The position numbers and the translations under genes are program-made. The notes beneath the pieces were generated by a model. The model worked only from the letters and a program-made list of their open reading frames with translations. It did not search any database and was not told the DNA's origin. A stretch of DNA of 63,100 bases, filler included, from Candidatus Hydrogenedentota bacterium (GTDB taxonomy: Bacteria > JBFMHD01), in NCBI GenBank assembly GCA_040752395.1. It is 4 parts of 4 records of this genome, joined end to end, with 100 filler letters (N's around TTAATTAATTAA, not from the genome) between each part and the next. Parts side by side here need not be neighbours in the genome. Positions count along the whole stretch, not along the records: positions 15,963 to 31,781 come from JBFMHD010000051.1; positions 31,882 to 47,482 come from JBFMHD010000052.1; 2 more parts are not named here. One strand, written 5' to 3'. This document shows, in pieces, positions 30,090 through 40,817 of the stretch (positions within the stretch are counted from its first letter, which is position 1; every line of letters begins with the position of its first letter).

Positions 30090-31781
30090 ATGGAAGAATC
30101 AAACCATTCTGATGATAAAATCAAAGACCTCGATACTATGCGACATACAGCCTCGCATATTATGGCACAGGCAGTGCTTCGGCTCTTCAAAGGAACAAAA
30201 CTCGGGTTCGGACCCACAATCGAGGATGGGTTCTACTATGATTTTGATTCAGAGAAAGTTTTTACTGAGGAAGATTTCAAAGAGATAGAAAAAGAAATGA
30301 AAAAAATAATAGATGAAGATCTCCAGATTATTCGTAAAGAGATATCGAAACAGGATGCATTGGAGTTATTCAAGGATAATAGATATAAAATTGAGCTTAT
30401 AAACGAGATTACTGATGTAACGGTCTCGGTTTATTCACAGAGTGAATTTACTGACCTGTGTCGGGGACCGCATCTGTCATCAACTGGTAAAGTAAAAGCA
30501 TTCAAGCTTTTAAAAGTAGCAGGCGCGTACTGGCGTGGCAAGATAGAGAACCCGCAACTCCAGCGAATTTATGCAACCGCCTTCTTTAATAAAAAACAGC
30601 TCGATTCTTATCTGCATAAATTAGAAGAAGCAAAAAAAAGAGACCACCGTAAAATCGGCAAAGAGCTCGATCTGTTTTCGTTTCACGAAGAAGGACCAGG
30701 ATTTGTTTTCTGGCATCATAAAGGGTATCTACTCTTTAAAATGATTGAGGAACTGATACGTACAGAGTGCAAAAAAAGAGGATATATTGAGGTTAAAACA
30801 CCGGTTATCCTGAATGATGCATTGTGGCGCAGAAGCGGACACTTTGATAATTTTAAAGATAATATGTATTTCACAACTATCGAGAATAAAAGCTATGCAA
30901 TAAAACCGATGAACTGCCCGGGTAGTTTGCTTATCTATAAATCACGGCTACATTCTTATCGCGAACTACCACTTAGATTCGCAGAGATGGGTGAGGTGCA
31001 CAGACATGAGTTGTCTGGCGTTTTGCATGGTCTCTTCCGTGTCAGAAGCTTTACTATCGATGATGCTCATATATATTGCACCACAAAACAGATTGAGAAC
31101 GAGATACTTGATATGGTCGATTTCACAATAGAGGTTTACAGGAGGTTTGGGTTTGAGGAGTACGATATCTATATAGCAACCCGACCGGAAAAGTATATAG
31201 GCTCACTCGAAGACTGGGAACTCGCTACGGATAGTCTAATGAAGGCTTTAGAACTAAAAAAGATCGCATACAGGCTAAAACCAGGCGAAGGCGCGTTCTA
31301 CGGACCAAAAATTGAGTTCAACATAAAAGATTGTTTAAAACGAAACTGGCAATGCGGCACCATACAGGTCGATTTCTCAATGCCAAAACGCTTCGAGGTA
31401 GAATATATCGCAGAGGACGGTAAACCCCACACTCCGGTAATGATACATAGAGCGATTATCGGCTCTGTTGAACGGTTTATAGGTGTGCTAATAGAACATT
31501 ACAAAGGTGCATTTCCTTTCTGGCTCGCACCTTTGCAGGTAAAAATACTTACGGTAACAGATAGAGCAAAAGATAGAGCAATCGAGCTTGAGAAGATTTT
31601 AGTAGATGAAAAGATCCGGGCTGAAACTGACCTGCGGAATGAGAAAATAAGTTTAAAAATAAGAGAAGCCCAGCTTTTGAAGGTACCATATATGATAATT
31701 TTGGGTGATAGAGAGATAAAAGAAGGGAATATCTCAATAAGGACAAGAAAAGGGGAACAGCTTAATAATATTTCAAAAGAA
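30090..31781 (+). CDS. thrS: Threonine--tRNA ligase (lacks N-terminal TGS domain; 3' truncated by contig end)
   Basis: RHTASH, DLCRGPH, RDHRKIG, KPMNCP, GAFYGPK, QCGTIQVDF. Confidence 0.97.
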
Positions 31782-31881
31782 NNNNNNNNNNNNNNNNNNN
31801 NNNNNNNNNNNNNNNNNNNNNNNNNTTAATTAATTAANNNNNNNNNNNNNNNNNNNNNNNNNNNNNNNNNNNNNNNNNNNN
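31782..31881. other. Artificial contig spacer
   Basis: N run with TTAATTAATTAA. Confidence 0.97.
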
Positions 31882-32002
31882 CCAGCTGGCTGTAGTCCGT
31901 AGCCTGTAGCCTGTAGCCCGTCCTGATACCTCTCACTTCTTCCGTTATCTTGCTTCTTGCTTCTACTTGATATCATTAGAGTTACAATGTTTTTCAGAGG
32001 AG
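31882..32002 (+). mobile_element. Modular heptamer element at contig start
   Basis: (YGTAGCC)n, CCTGATACCTCTCAC, (TTGCTTC)n, TTAGAGTTACAATGTTTTTCAGAGGAG. Confidence 0.8.
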
Positions 32003-32115
32003 AAGAGATCAGTTGAGTGGAAAAAGTTAAAAAAGTATTTTACAATTTGAGAAAATTATTAATAATATTGAAAGAGTGTATACGAATTGTTATTAAAAGG
32101 TAAAACATTTACTTT

Positions 32116-32514
32116 ATGGATAACACCCTTGTAATAATCAAACCCGATGCAGTGAAACGTAATATTATAGGTAAAATTTTAACAATCTTTGAAGAACAGG
32201 GTTTTATAATACGTGAAGCTAAAATGCTAAGATTAACAAAAGAAGAGGCTGAAAGTTTTTATGAGGTACATAAAGATAAACCGTTTTTTAATCCTTTAAT
32301 AGAGTATATAACTTCTGGTAAAGTATTAGTATGTGTGCTTGAGGGTAAAGATGCTGTTTATAGGGTTAGAGAGATAATGGGTGCTACTGACCCGAAAGAG
32401 GCAGAGGAAGGGACTATTAGAAAACTCTTTGGTATAAACAAACAGGAGAATTCTGTGCATGGCTCTGATTCAGATGAAAATGCGCTACGCGAAATCTCGT
32501 TCTTTTTTAAATAA
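32116..32514 (+). CDS. ndk: Nucleoside diphosphate kinase
   Basis: IKPDAV, GTIR, NSVHGSDS. Confidence 0.97.
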   Translation: MDNTLVIIKPDAVKRNIIGKILTIFEEQGFIIREAKMLRLTKEEAESFYEVHKDKPFFNPLIEYITSGKVLVCVLEGKDAVYRVREIMGATDPKEAEEGTIRKLFGINKQENSVHGSDSDENALREISFFFK

Positions 32515-32532
32515 ATCTACAACCTATTAACA

Positions 32533-32580
32533 TATCCTCTCAGTCTTTGGTCGGTTTTTTTATCTTGCTTCTTGCTTCTA
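32533..32580. repeat. Partial GTA...TAC MITE (left half)
   Basis: CTCAGTCTTTGGT...TATCTTGCTTCTTGCTTCTA resembles 1081-1124. Confidence 0.65.
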
Positions 32581-32590
32581 ATTAACTTAT

Positions 32591-32773
32591 ATGCCTAAAC
32601 GTGATAAAGATACAAAAAATAAACAAATCTTTATTCTTACCATCTTAATAGCTATCTTGTTAGGCGTTTTTTTTATCGGCATTAAATCTTTTACAAGAAA
32701 CCCATATACTATCAAAGAATGCATCCGCTCAAATAAAGAGAATAATTTCTATCCACTCATAGAGGTCGAATAA
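32591..32773 (+). CDS. Small single-TM hypothetical protein
   Basis: 60 aa with one hydrophobic helix, abutting comEC. Confidence 0.5.
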   Translation: MPKRDKDTKNKQIFILTILIAILLGVFFIGIKSFTRNPYTIKECIRSNKENNFYPLIEVE

Positions 32774-32774
32774 A

Positions 32775-35700
32775 TTGAGATACTTTAACATTATAATGTG
32801 TTTCTGTTATTCCTTTGTTGTAGGCGTAGCTGCTTCAATTATAGTTCAACCCTCTGAAACATTATATCAGTATTTTTATATAATATCTATTATTGCTGGT
32901 TGTACAGGTTTAGCTCTATTTGTTATCACAGATATTTTTGAAATTTTTAGATTGCATCAAGCTATTATATTTATCGTTGCAGGTCTATCTGGCATCTCAC
33001 TTGGTATGGGTAGATTTGTTCATAATAAGATTATTCCTCCTTTTGTTAATGACCCTGATTATCCTAATCACATAGTGCATTTTGTAGATGAGGACCGTAA
33101 TGCCTTGACAATCGTTGTAGGCAGGATCGCAATGGCCCCTGAAATGAGGTTTATGAAATATGGTGATAAAGTAGATATTTTATTTAAACCCGAGGTGGTC
33201 ATTCCTGAGCCAGGTGATAATAAAGAGTATCTTGTTGGGGAGGGTTATATTCAGGTATCTGTTTCAGCAAATGTAGGAGAAATATATCCTGAGATAGCGA
33301 GCAGTCAGGCCTATGGTTACAGAGTCCAGTTTGAAGGCGCTCTATTAAGATTCGAGCCCACAACTGTTCCGTATACTCTTGATTTAAGAGAATATTTTGA
33401 GAAGCAGAATATATTTGCGAAAATGAATTTTTACAGACTCAAAACAGGAGAGGAGATAAAGATATTAAAAGACCCAAAAACAGGGTTGCCGCATAAAGGT
33501 AATTTCGTGTTCGAATGGTCGATGATAATTAAAGATAAAATATTAAAAGTTATTAAGCAGACAACACCGTACCCTTATTCAGCATTCCTCGCAGGTGTGA
33601 CACTCGGGTTAAGACGCGGGCTTGAGCAGGCTTACAATATTTTTGAAAAAGAGAAAAAGTATAAAACAAAGTTTGATCTAATAACCGAGGAATTTCGCTG
33701 GTCAGGAACAAGTCACGTTTTAGCTGTTTCTGGTTTACATGTTACCATCATTACAGTGATGCTTTATGGCCTGTTTGCAGTTTTTCGAGTCCCGAAAAAA
33801 ATAAGTTCACCGTTGATTATATTCTCTTTAATTATTTTTACAATTATTACAGGTGCAAGACCATCTTCCATAAGAGCAACTATTATGAATAGCCTCGTAG
33901 TAGTATCAGAAGCATATTTAGGCATAGGGTTAAAGACCTCACTTTTGTTTGGTATAGGGATAGCTTGTTTTTCAGAACTTATTTTTAATCCTAAACTTAT
34001 TTTTGAGCCTGCGTTTTCGTTATCATTTATGGCTGTTTTATCACTCGCTCTGATTACAGGTCCTGCCGATAGATTCTTGAAACGTAAAACAGGTAAACGA
34101 ACTTTAGGCGGAATTATAGGTTTTTATACAGGAATGATTCTCGGCTCATTTCTACCAGGCCCGAGTACAATGATATTTATTTTTATAGGAATTATAGCAG
34201 GTATTTATTTCGGGCAAAATATTATTAAACTGATACCGAGATGGTTAATGCAATTTATAGCCTCACAATTTGCCATCCAATTCGGAATGATGCTGCCTCT
34301 ATCAGCATATTATTTCAATCATCTACCAGTAGCAGGCCCAATTGCAAATATTGTTGCCATCCCATTAATTGGTATTATTGTTCAGCTCGGAATGATAGCC
34401 GGCATCATTGGAACTGTAATACCGTCTATCGGGATATATATAGCATTGATGCTGAATGCTACGAACTATCTATGTATGTGGGTTTTTATGGCCGTGACTC
34501 ATCTGAGCACAATAACAATGCCTTATCCCTATATGAAAACTTTTACACCAAAATTAGTGGCTTTTTATTATTCATTTCTTGGTGTACTCTTAATAATAGA
34601 TAAAGTATATCCTGATTTAGAGGTCTGGTATTATAAAAAATTAGCACAGGCCACAAAATATCTCAAACAAAGAATTTATGCCACGGCAATAACTGGTTTC
34701 ATAATTTTGTTTGTGATACCAGCTATTATCTGGAGAGAGCCTTATCAGAAATATGATGGTAATTTACAGGTGAACTTTTTAGATGTTGGTTATGGTTCTG
34801 CTATGCACATAAAAACGCCTCAAGGTAAAAATTTCCTTGTAAACGGTGGCCGGTTCGGAAAATACGATAGAGACGGCGGCTTTGATTTAGCTGATTTTAA
34901 AATCGTCCCGTATTTTTACAAGCAGAGAATAGGGATACTTGATGGTGTATTTATCACGAGTATAAATGACGAAGATATAAGCGGACTTATCTCTGTCGTA
35001 GATTATATGATCGTAGATAAGATTTATTCTTTTTTTGATTCATCCGAAATAAATATTTATAAGAAATGGGATGAACTAAGTAGAGAAATATTTGAAAAAA
35101 TCGGTGACAGTTATCTTGCTGAAAACTGTGATAAATTTTATATTAGAAATAAAGCTATTTATTATCGTGATATAATTGAAAAGGCAAATACCCCCTTCTT
35201 CCCTTTTGAATGGTTTGACCATCTTGCTGTTTCTACAATAAGATTTATAAAAGAATTATTCAAAAAAGAGAATAAAAGACCTGATTTCTTAGCTATCAAA
35301 AAAATAGGTACCATTATTTATGAAGAAGAATTTAATGGTAAAAAACTCAGGATATATACCTTAAATCCAGATTGGGAAAACCCATCTTCAAATGCTTCTG
35401 ATATGAGTATAGTATTAAAAATCGAGTACGGCAGGACTGGTATTATATTATTGAATGCTTTAAAAAAGAGTGGCGACTCAAAGATACTTAGATTCAGGAA
35501 TAATCTCAAGGCAGATGTTATGCAGGTCCCTTCACATGGTTCAAAAGATGCCTGCTCAGATGCTCTTATCAGAGCTATTTCTCCAGAAATCGCTATTCTT
35601 GAGTTCGGTTATCCACGACATTTATACAAAAGGCTGAGAACAGAGGCTATTGACGATGCTGATTACACTACTCTTAAATTGCAGGGAAATGATATAAAGG

Positions 35701-35840
35701 TTTACAGAACCGACAAAGTTGGTAGTGTACTGATAATCTCAGATGGTGAAAAGATATTAGAACCATTAACTTTTAAAGGCAGGCTGGAGGAAGAGCCAGA
35801 AAAAGAAGGTATCACTCTCGAAACACTACCAGAATTTTAG
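32775..35840 (+). CDS. comEC: ComEC/Rec2 DNA uptake channel
   Basis: GTSHVLAVSGLHV, PSSIRATIM, LSF; C-terminal MBL-fold (FLDVG, HGS, YRTD). Confidence 0.92.
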   Translation: MRYFNIIMCFCYSFVVGVAASIIVQPSETLYQYFYIISIIAGCTGLALFVITDIFEIFRLHQAIIFIVAGLSGISLGMGRFVHNKIIPPFVNDPDYPNHIVHFVDEDRNALTIVVGRIAMAPEMRFMKYGDKVDILFKPEVVIPEPGDNKEYLVGEGYIQVSVSANVGEIYPEIASSQAYGYRVQFEGALLRFEPTTVPYTLDLREYFEKQNIFAKMNFYRLKTGEEIKILKDPKTGLPHKGNFVFEWSMIIKDKILKVIKQTTPYPYSAFLAGVTLGLRRGLEQAYNIFEKEKKYKTKFDLITEEFRWSGTSHVLAVSGLHVTIITVMLYGLFAVFRVPKKISSPLIIFSLIIFTIITGARPSSIRATIMNSLVVVSEAYLGIGLKTSLLFGIGIACFSELIFNPKLIFEPAFSLSFMAVLSLALITGPADRFLKRKTGKRTLGGIIGFYTGMILGSFLPGPSTMIFIFIGIIAGIYFGQNIIKLIPRWLMQFIASQFAIQFGMMLPLSAYYFNHLPVAGPIANIVAIPLIGIIVQLGMIAGIIGTVIPSIGIYIALMLNATNYLCMWVFMAVTHLSTITMPYPYMKTFTPKLVAFYYSFLGVLLIIDKVYPDLEVWYYKKLAQATKYLKQRIYATAITGFIILFVIPAIIWREPYQKYDGNLQVNFLDVGYGSAMHIKTPQGKNFLVNGGRFGKYDRDGGFDLADFKIVPYFYKQRIGILDGVFITSINDEDISGLISVVDYMIVDKIYSFFDSSEINIYKKWDELSREIFEKIGDSYLAENCDKFYIRNKAIYYRDIIEKANTPFFPFEWFDHLAVSTIRFIKELFKKENKRPDFLAIKKIGTIIYEEEFNGKKLRIYTLNPDWENPSSNASDMSIVLKIEYGRTGIILLNALKKSGDSKILRFRNNLKADVMQVPSHGSKDACSDALIRAISPEIAILEFGYPRHLYKRLRTEAIDDADYTTLKLQGNDIKVYRTDKVGSVLIISDGEKILEPLTFKGRLEEEPEKEGITLETLPEF

Positions 35841-36796
35841 TGGAAAATAGTAGTGAGGGTCACAAAACCAGTAGCATATATTCTATGTTTAATTTTAAGT
35901 TCAGCGTCTTTCAGAAACTTATTATTTTATTATCAGCTATCCTGATCACTGTGGGTGGCTTAGTTTTAATTAAACCTGATACCAAAGAACAAAGCTATGA
36001 TGATACTACTCTAAATTTAAAACCATTATCCAATCTCGAATTAGCCTCACCACTCAAAATTGTAACTGAAGATGAACAGATAAAACTGCAGGAAGAGGTA
36101 AAGATTAACATTAACACAGCCACAGTAGATGAACTCACAACTGTTCCTGGCATCGGCGAGGCAACAGCCAGAGCCATTGTAGAATATAGAGAGAAAAATA
36201 GAAAAGAAGATGAACCTGTATTTTATAAGCTATCTGATTTAGAGAAAGTCCCTCGTATGGGTGAGAAAAAAATTGAGAAACTTTCACAATACCTTACTGT
36301 CGGCTGGGGTGTTATGCAGCTTGAAAAAGAAAAATCCATTAATATTGAAGAAAAAGAAGACAAAATTAATATTAATACTGCTGATGTTATTAAACTGCAG
36401 GATTTACCCGGTATAGGACCAAAGACAGCAGAGAATATTATTAAGTATAGAGAGACAAAACAATTTGAAAAAATAGAAGATATTATGAATGTTCCGCGCA
36501 TCGGACCAACACGGTTTGAGAAAATAAAAGATAAAATAACAGTTGGTGAAGAGATGGAAAAATTGTTGAAAAAGAAAAGCTTGACTAAACCTAAAAAAGT
36601 AGAAAAAATTAATCTTAATAAAGCTACAATGGAAGAACTTATAACTTTACCAGGGATCGGTGAACAGACAGCAAAAAATATTATAGAGTACAGAACAGAA
36701 CTTAAAAAATTTAGATCACTTGAGGATTTGCTTGAGATACCTGGCTTTGGCGAAAAAAAACTTGAAAAAATTAGACCATACGTAGAGGTTAAATAA
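35840..36796 (+). CDS. comEA: ComEA-like protein, membrane anchored, three HhH domains
   Basis: Three ININTA/INLNKA...PGIG...A..I..YR units. Confidence 0.9.
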   Translation: MENSSEGHKTSSIYSMFNFKFSVFQKLIILLSAILITVGGLVLIKPDTKEQSYDDTTLNLKPLSNLELASPLKIVTEDEQIKLQEEVKININTATVDELTTVPGIGEATARAIVEYREKNRKEDEPVFYKLSDLEKVPRMGEKKIEKLSQYLTVGWGVMQLEKEKSINIEEKEDKININTADVIKLQDLPGIGPKTAENIIKYRETKQFEKIEDIMNVPRIGPTRFEKIKDKITVGEEMEKLLKKKSLTKPKKVEKINLNKATMEELITLPGIGEQTAKNIIEYRTELKKFRSLEDLLEIPGFGEKKLEKIRPYVEVK

Positions 36797-37000
36797 GGTT
36801 GTAATATGCTAAAAACATTTTTGGCAGTGGTTAAAAATAAAAAAATTGAACTTTTGTTATCCTTTCTCAGACCTATCTGGTTCAAAGGTTAGACCTGCGA
36901 TTATCGTTAATTCTGAACACGTATTCGAAAAGCTTAGAGAATTCCTTGCAAAAATGGCTGGGACTTAAAGATTAATCAATTTTTTATAGGAGATTTTTTT

Positions 37001-37909
37001 ATGAGAAAGCTTATTATTCTATTGATGGTTCTTGGGCTCGTATTTTATGCAGGATGTGGAAAAAAGAAGGAAGCTGAAGAAAGTAAAACTATGGAACTTG
37101 AACAGGAAGAAGTACCAGAGATTGAAGAAGGTGAAGAAGAAATAACTGAAATTACAAAAGAAGATATTGAAAAAGATGTATCTGAAGAAGATGCGAAGAT
37201 AAATGTAAACGAGGCTGATTTAGATGAACTTTTATCAGTAAAAGGATTAGGTCCCACTAAAGCTGAAAAAATTATTCAATATAGAGAAGAACACGGACCT
37301 TTTAAATCCCTCGATGAACTAACTAAAGTTCCAGGTATCGGTGAGAAAACAGTAGAAAAATTAAGAGAGTATCTTACAGTAGGTAAAGTAGAAAAAGAGG
37401 AAGAATCAGAGGAAAGTAAAACTGAAGATGAGTCAACAGATGAAGAAGGAAAGATAAACATTAATACAGCCTCGTTAGAAGAACTTGATAATCTGCCGAA
37501 AATAGGACCCACTATCGCTCAAAGAATAATTGACTATCGTGAAGAACACGGCGGATTTAAAAGTATTGAAGAATTAAACGAAGTTAAAGGCATAGGCGAT
37601 AAAATGTTCAAAAATTTAAAAGACCTGGTTACTGTTGGGAAAGAAGCTAAAAAAGAGGTAGACGAAGAGAAACCAGTAAAAAAGACTGAAAAAAAGACTA
37701 CTACAACAAAAAAGACAGGACCAGCAGGCAAGGTTAATATAAATAAAGCATCGAAATCCGAACTTATGACAATTAAAGGCATAGGTGAGACTACTGCTGA
37801 GAGAATCATTGAGGGAAGACCATATAAAACTATTGATGACCTGAAGAAAGTTAAAGGCATAGGTGAAAAAAAGTTTGAAGCACTAAAACCTTTTGTCACA
37901 GTAGAATAA
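37001..37909 (+). CDS. ComEA-like lipoprotein with three HhH domains
   Basis: Lipobox-like FYAG-C, acidic linkers, three HhH units. Confidence 0.88.
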   Translation: MRKLIILLMVLGLVFYAGCGKKKEAEESKTMELEQEEVPEIEEGEEEITEITKEDIEKDVSEEDAKINVNEADLDELLSVKGLGPTKAEKIIQYREEHGPFKSLDELTKVPGIGEKTVEKLREYLTVGKVEKEEESEESKTEDESTDEEGKININTASLEELDNLPKIGPTIAQRIIDYREEHGGFKSIEELNEVKGIGDKMFKNLKDLVTVGKEAKKEVDEEKPVKKTEKKTTTTKKTGPAGKVNINKASKSELMTIKGIGETTAERIIEGRPYKTIDDLKKVKGIGEKKFEALKPFVTVE

Positions 37910-37995
37910 CCATCTTTACGCTCTACCCCAGAGTCTTCGGTTATTTCTTCTTTCTCAATCCCTGTTTCTTATTTTTAAAGGAACGGTAGAAATGG

Positions 37996-40341
37996 ATGGG
38001 TTTTTTAAAAGAACATCCTGATAAATGGATACAAGAAGAATATAAAAAGTGGGAGAGTATCCCTGATATTAAAGAACATCAGCTAACGATCCTCGAGAGT
38101 GAACTCGCCACTTTAGGGAATGTCGATAAAATAAAGTTTGTTTTTAAATTAATAGATGGTTTAAATTCAGAACAGATGGAATCAGTTTTGCATAATCATT
38201 CTACCGAAGGTCCCATTCTTATATTAGCAGGTGCCGGAACCGGTAAAACAGCCACCCTTACTCGCCGGGTCGTTTATCTACTTATTAAAGAAATTTTACC
38301 CGAGCATATTCTCTGTATGACATTTACAAATAAAGCAGCAGATGAAATGAAAGAAAGGATTTATTTTTTAATAGACAGGCTCTCACAAGAAAATCCCGGG
38401 GAAACCTCTTATTATCTTAATAATGTTAAAACCAGAATCACTACTATGTGGATTTCGACATTTCATTCCTGTTGTTTAAGATTACTTAGAGATAGATTAA
38501 AAGAAGTGAGTAATTTTGAGAGAGTTGGGTTACCACCATATATCTCTATAATAGAACCGATTGAGCAGAAAGAAATTATTAAAGAAATACTCAATTCTCT
38601 AAAGATATCATTTAAAGAGCTTGAGCCAGAAGAGGCGCTGACACAGATAAGCATACTTAAAAATGAGTTAAAAGATATAGATATTGCAAAAAATGAGGCT
38701 TCAACAACCGAAGAGAAACGTATCACAGAGATTTATCAACGTTACCAGAAGAAATTGAAAGAAAGACAGATGATAGATTTTGATGATATGATATTTTATG
38801 CTACCACAGTTTTGAATGAGTTTTTAGATGTACTTGAATATTACAGAAACCTCTTTCAATATTGTCTGATAGATGAGTATCAGGACACGAATTTTGCCCA
38901 GTATATCTTTGCATTAAGTATCGTAGAAAAGCACAGAAGACTTTTTGCTGTGGGCGATGACGACCAGTCGATATATGGCTGGCGTGGAGCTGATATCAGA
39001 AACATTCTTAATTTCAAACGTGATTTTCCTTTTTGTAAGATTGTAAAAATGGAGAAAAATTATCGCAGCACAGGTAATATCCTGTTATCAGCGAATCAGA
39101 TATTTATAGAAAAAAAACCCGAATATAGAAAAATACTTAAAGTAACTAAAACCGGTAATACCGCATTGGACAGGTATGGCGAGCGAATAATTATGTTCAG
39201 AGCAAAAGATGAAGTGGAAGAGGCAGAGTTTGTAGCTTACGAAATTGAGAACCTGACTAAAAAAGAAAAACATAGACTTTATGATTTCGCAGTACTTTAC
39301 AGAACCAATCATATGAGAGAACCATTTCTTGATGTTTTTAGTAAAAAAGGGATTAAATATATAGAGATGGGGAACAGCGAAAATTTACGACAGAAAATAA
39401 TAGTTCAATTCCTTGAGTTCGCATCGATATTTTCAGATTTTATACCATTATTAAAAGAACCCGAGAAAGTAGGTGAAAGCTTTAAAACAAGACTGGATGA
39501 AAAAATAACACGCGTACTTTCTTTGCCTGCTTTTGCAATAAACGAAAACGATATGAATCTTTTAAAATATTTACCAACGAATAAAACCACAGGTAAAACC
39601 TATCATATTTATGAATTGTTTCTAAACCCTGATTTATATGAACAAATATATAAAACTTTATCAAATAACGCAAAAACCAGAATAGCAAACTATTATGCTA
39701 TTCTCTCAGAAATGATAAGCAATTTTAATCAATATACTTTATATGGTTACCTTTCTGAGATATTAAGACGTGGCGGGTTCGAGGCAGAGATAAAAGCCGA
39801 TGGATTAAGAAACGACCGCAAAAAATTAATAAACAATCTTCTTAATACAGCCGGTTTCATTGAAAGAACAATGCCAGCAGAAGTTCAGACTTATGACAGA
39901 CTCAGACTATTTCTCGAAGACATAAACGAGAAACTTTATGGTTCCCAAACTGAATTTTCACCTTATGAAGATGGTGTGAGATTAGTTACGCTTCATTCTG
40001 CCAAAGGACTCGAGTTTAGAAATGTATTTTTTATCGGATTAGAGGAAGGCATCTGCCCGCTTGAGCACCCCTCTGAAAAATATCTGTCCAAACAAGAAAA
40101 AGAGAAACGATTAGATGAAGAAAAACGGCTCTTTTACGTCGGCGTTACAAGAGCGATGCAGAGATTATATCTTTTACATACTTATACAAGGCTGTGGTTT
40201 GGAAAACGACAGGATATGGAACCCTCCAGATATCTGAATCTGCTCCCACAGAATTTGATTGAAAAAGGCGAATCTATCAACAGTCTCAAGGACAAACTTA
40301 AACAACGAACAAAACGCTTCCTCTCAAAAATAATCGAATAA
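37996..40341 (+). CDS. pcrA: UvrD/PcrA superfamily 1 helicase
   Basis: AGAGTGKT, TFTNKAA, DEYQDTN, VGDDDQSIY, NYRS, TLHSAKGLEF, YVGVTRA. Confidence 0.93.
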   Translation: MGFLKEHPDKWIQEEYKKWESIPDIKEHQLTILESELATLGNVDKIKFVFKLIDGLNSEQMESVLHNHSTEGPILILAGAGTGKTATLTRRVVYLLIKEILPEHILCMTFTNKAADEMKERIYFLIDRLSQENPGETSYYLNNVKTRITTMWISTFHSCCLRLLRDRLKEVSNFERVGLPPYISIIEPIEQKEIIKEILNSLKISFKELEPEEALTQISILKNELKDIDIAKNEASTTEEKRITEIYQRYQKKLKERQMIDFDDMIFYATTVLNEFLDVLEYYRNLFQYCLIDEYQDTNFAQYIFALSIVEKHRRLFAVGDDDQSIYGWRGADIRNILNFKRDFPFCKIVKMEKNYRSTGNILLSANQIFIEKKPEYRKILKVTKTGNTALDRYGERIIMFRAKDEVEEAEFVAYEIENLTKKEKHRLYDFAVLYRTNHMREPFLDVFSKKGIKYIEMGNSENLRQKIIVQFLEFASIFSDFIPLLKEPEKVGESFKTRLDEKITRVLSLPAFAINENDMNLLKYLPTNKTTGKTYHIYELFLNPDLYEQIYKTLSNNAKTRIANYYAILSEMISNFNQYTLYGYLSEILRRGGFEAEIKADGLRNDRKKLINNLLNTAGFIERTMPAEVQTYDRLRLFLEDINEKLYGSQTEFSPYEDGVRLVTLHSAKGLEFRNVFFIGLEEGICPLEHPSEKYLSKQEKEKRLDEEKRLFYVGVTRAMQRLYLLHTYTRLWFGKRQDMEPSRYLNLLPQNLIEKGESINSLKDKLKQRTKRFLSKIIE

Positions 40342-40346
40342 AAATT

Positions 40347-40434
40347 GTAATGCCTCAGTTATTGGTGCAGTAGAACTTATACTTTAGAAGCAAGAAGCAA
40401 GATTACAGAATCCCACTGAAGACTGAGGAAATAC
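40347..40434. mobile_element. GTA...TAC MITE with perfect 8-bp target duplication
   Basis: GTAATGCCTCAGT / ACTGAGGAAATAC ends; TAAAAATT on both flanks. Confidence 0.88.
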
Positions 40435-40453
40435 TAAAAATTAATTTAAGAGG

Positions 40454-40482
40454 TTGACAACTAACAGATCGTAAGTTATAAT
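40454..40482 (+). promoter_or_regulatory. Perfect consensus sigma70 promoter
   Basis: TTGACA-17 bp-TATAAT. Confidence 0.85.
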
Positions 40483-40489
40483 AATCCTT

Positions 40490-40633
40490 ATGGATATACT
40501 GCTATCAGGGAATTTTAAACATCTTGCTAATATTTATAAACAATTTGATATTAATGCAATCAATAAGAAGGAAGGTTATGTATATCCACTTGCATTGACT
40601 AATCCTTTTGAGGTAATGTATGAAAAAGACTGA
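40490..40633 (+). pseudogene. Probable C-terminal remnant of a PIN-domain toxin
   Basis: Manual translation MDILLSGNFKHLANIYKQFDINAINKKEGY...NPFEVMYE resembles the LLSWNFKHLAN PIN C-terminus. Confidence 0.6.
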
Positions 40634-40814
40634 GGAAATATCAAACGCACTTATTGAGGTATGGGAATGGAAGGACAAAGTATATCAGGATATAAAGAAT
40701 AAATCCTTCAAAGAAAAACAAAAATATTTCAATGACAGCTTAAACCGCGGCGCAAGAAGGTTAAACGGTAAATTGAAATCAAATCCTGATGGCAGTTATC
40801 AGATTGTTATATGA
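40620..40814 (+). CDS. Small hypothetical protein (possible partner of the PIN toxin)
   Basis: 64 aa overlapping the remnant, GAGG SD. Confidence 0.6.
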   Translation: MKKTEEISNALIEVWEWKDKVYQDIKNKSFKEKQKYFNDSLNRGARRLNGKLKSNPDGSYQIVI

Positions 40815-40817
40815 AAT

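Noticed and set aside
29986-30288. 100-aa ORF
   Set aside because: Overlaps tRNA-Val and thrS out of frame
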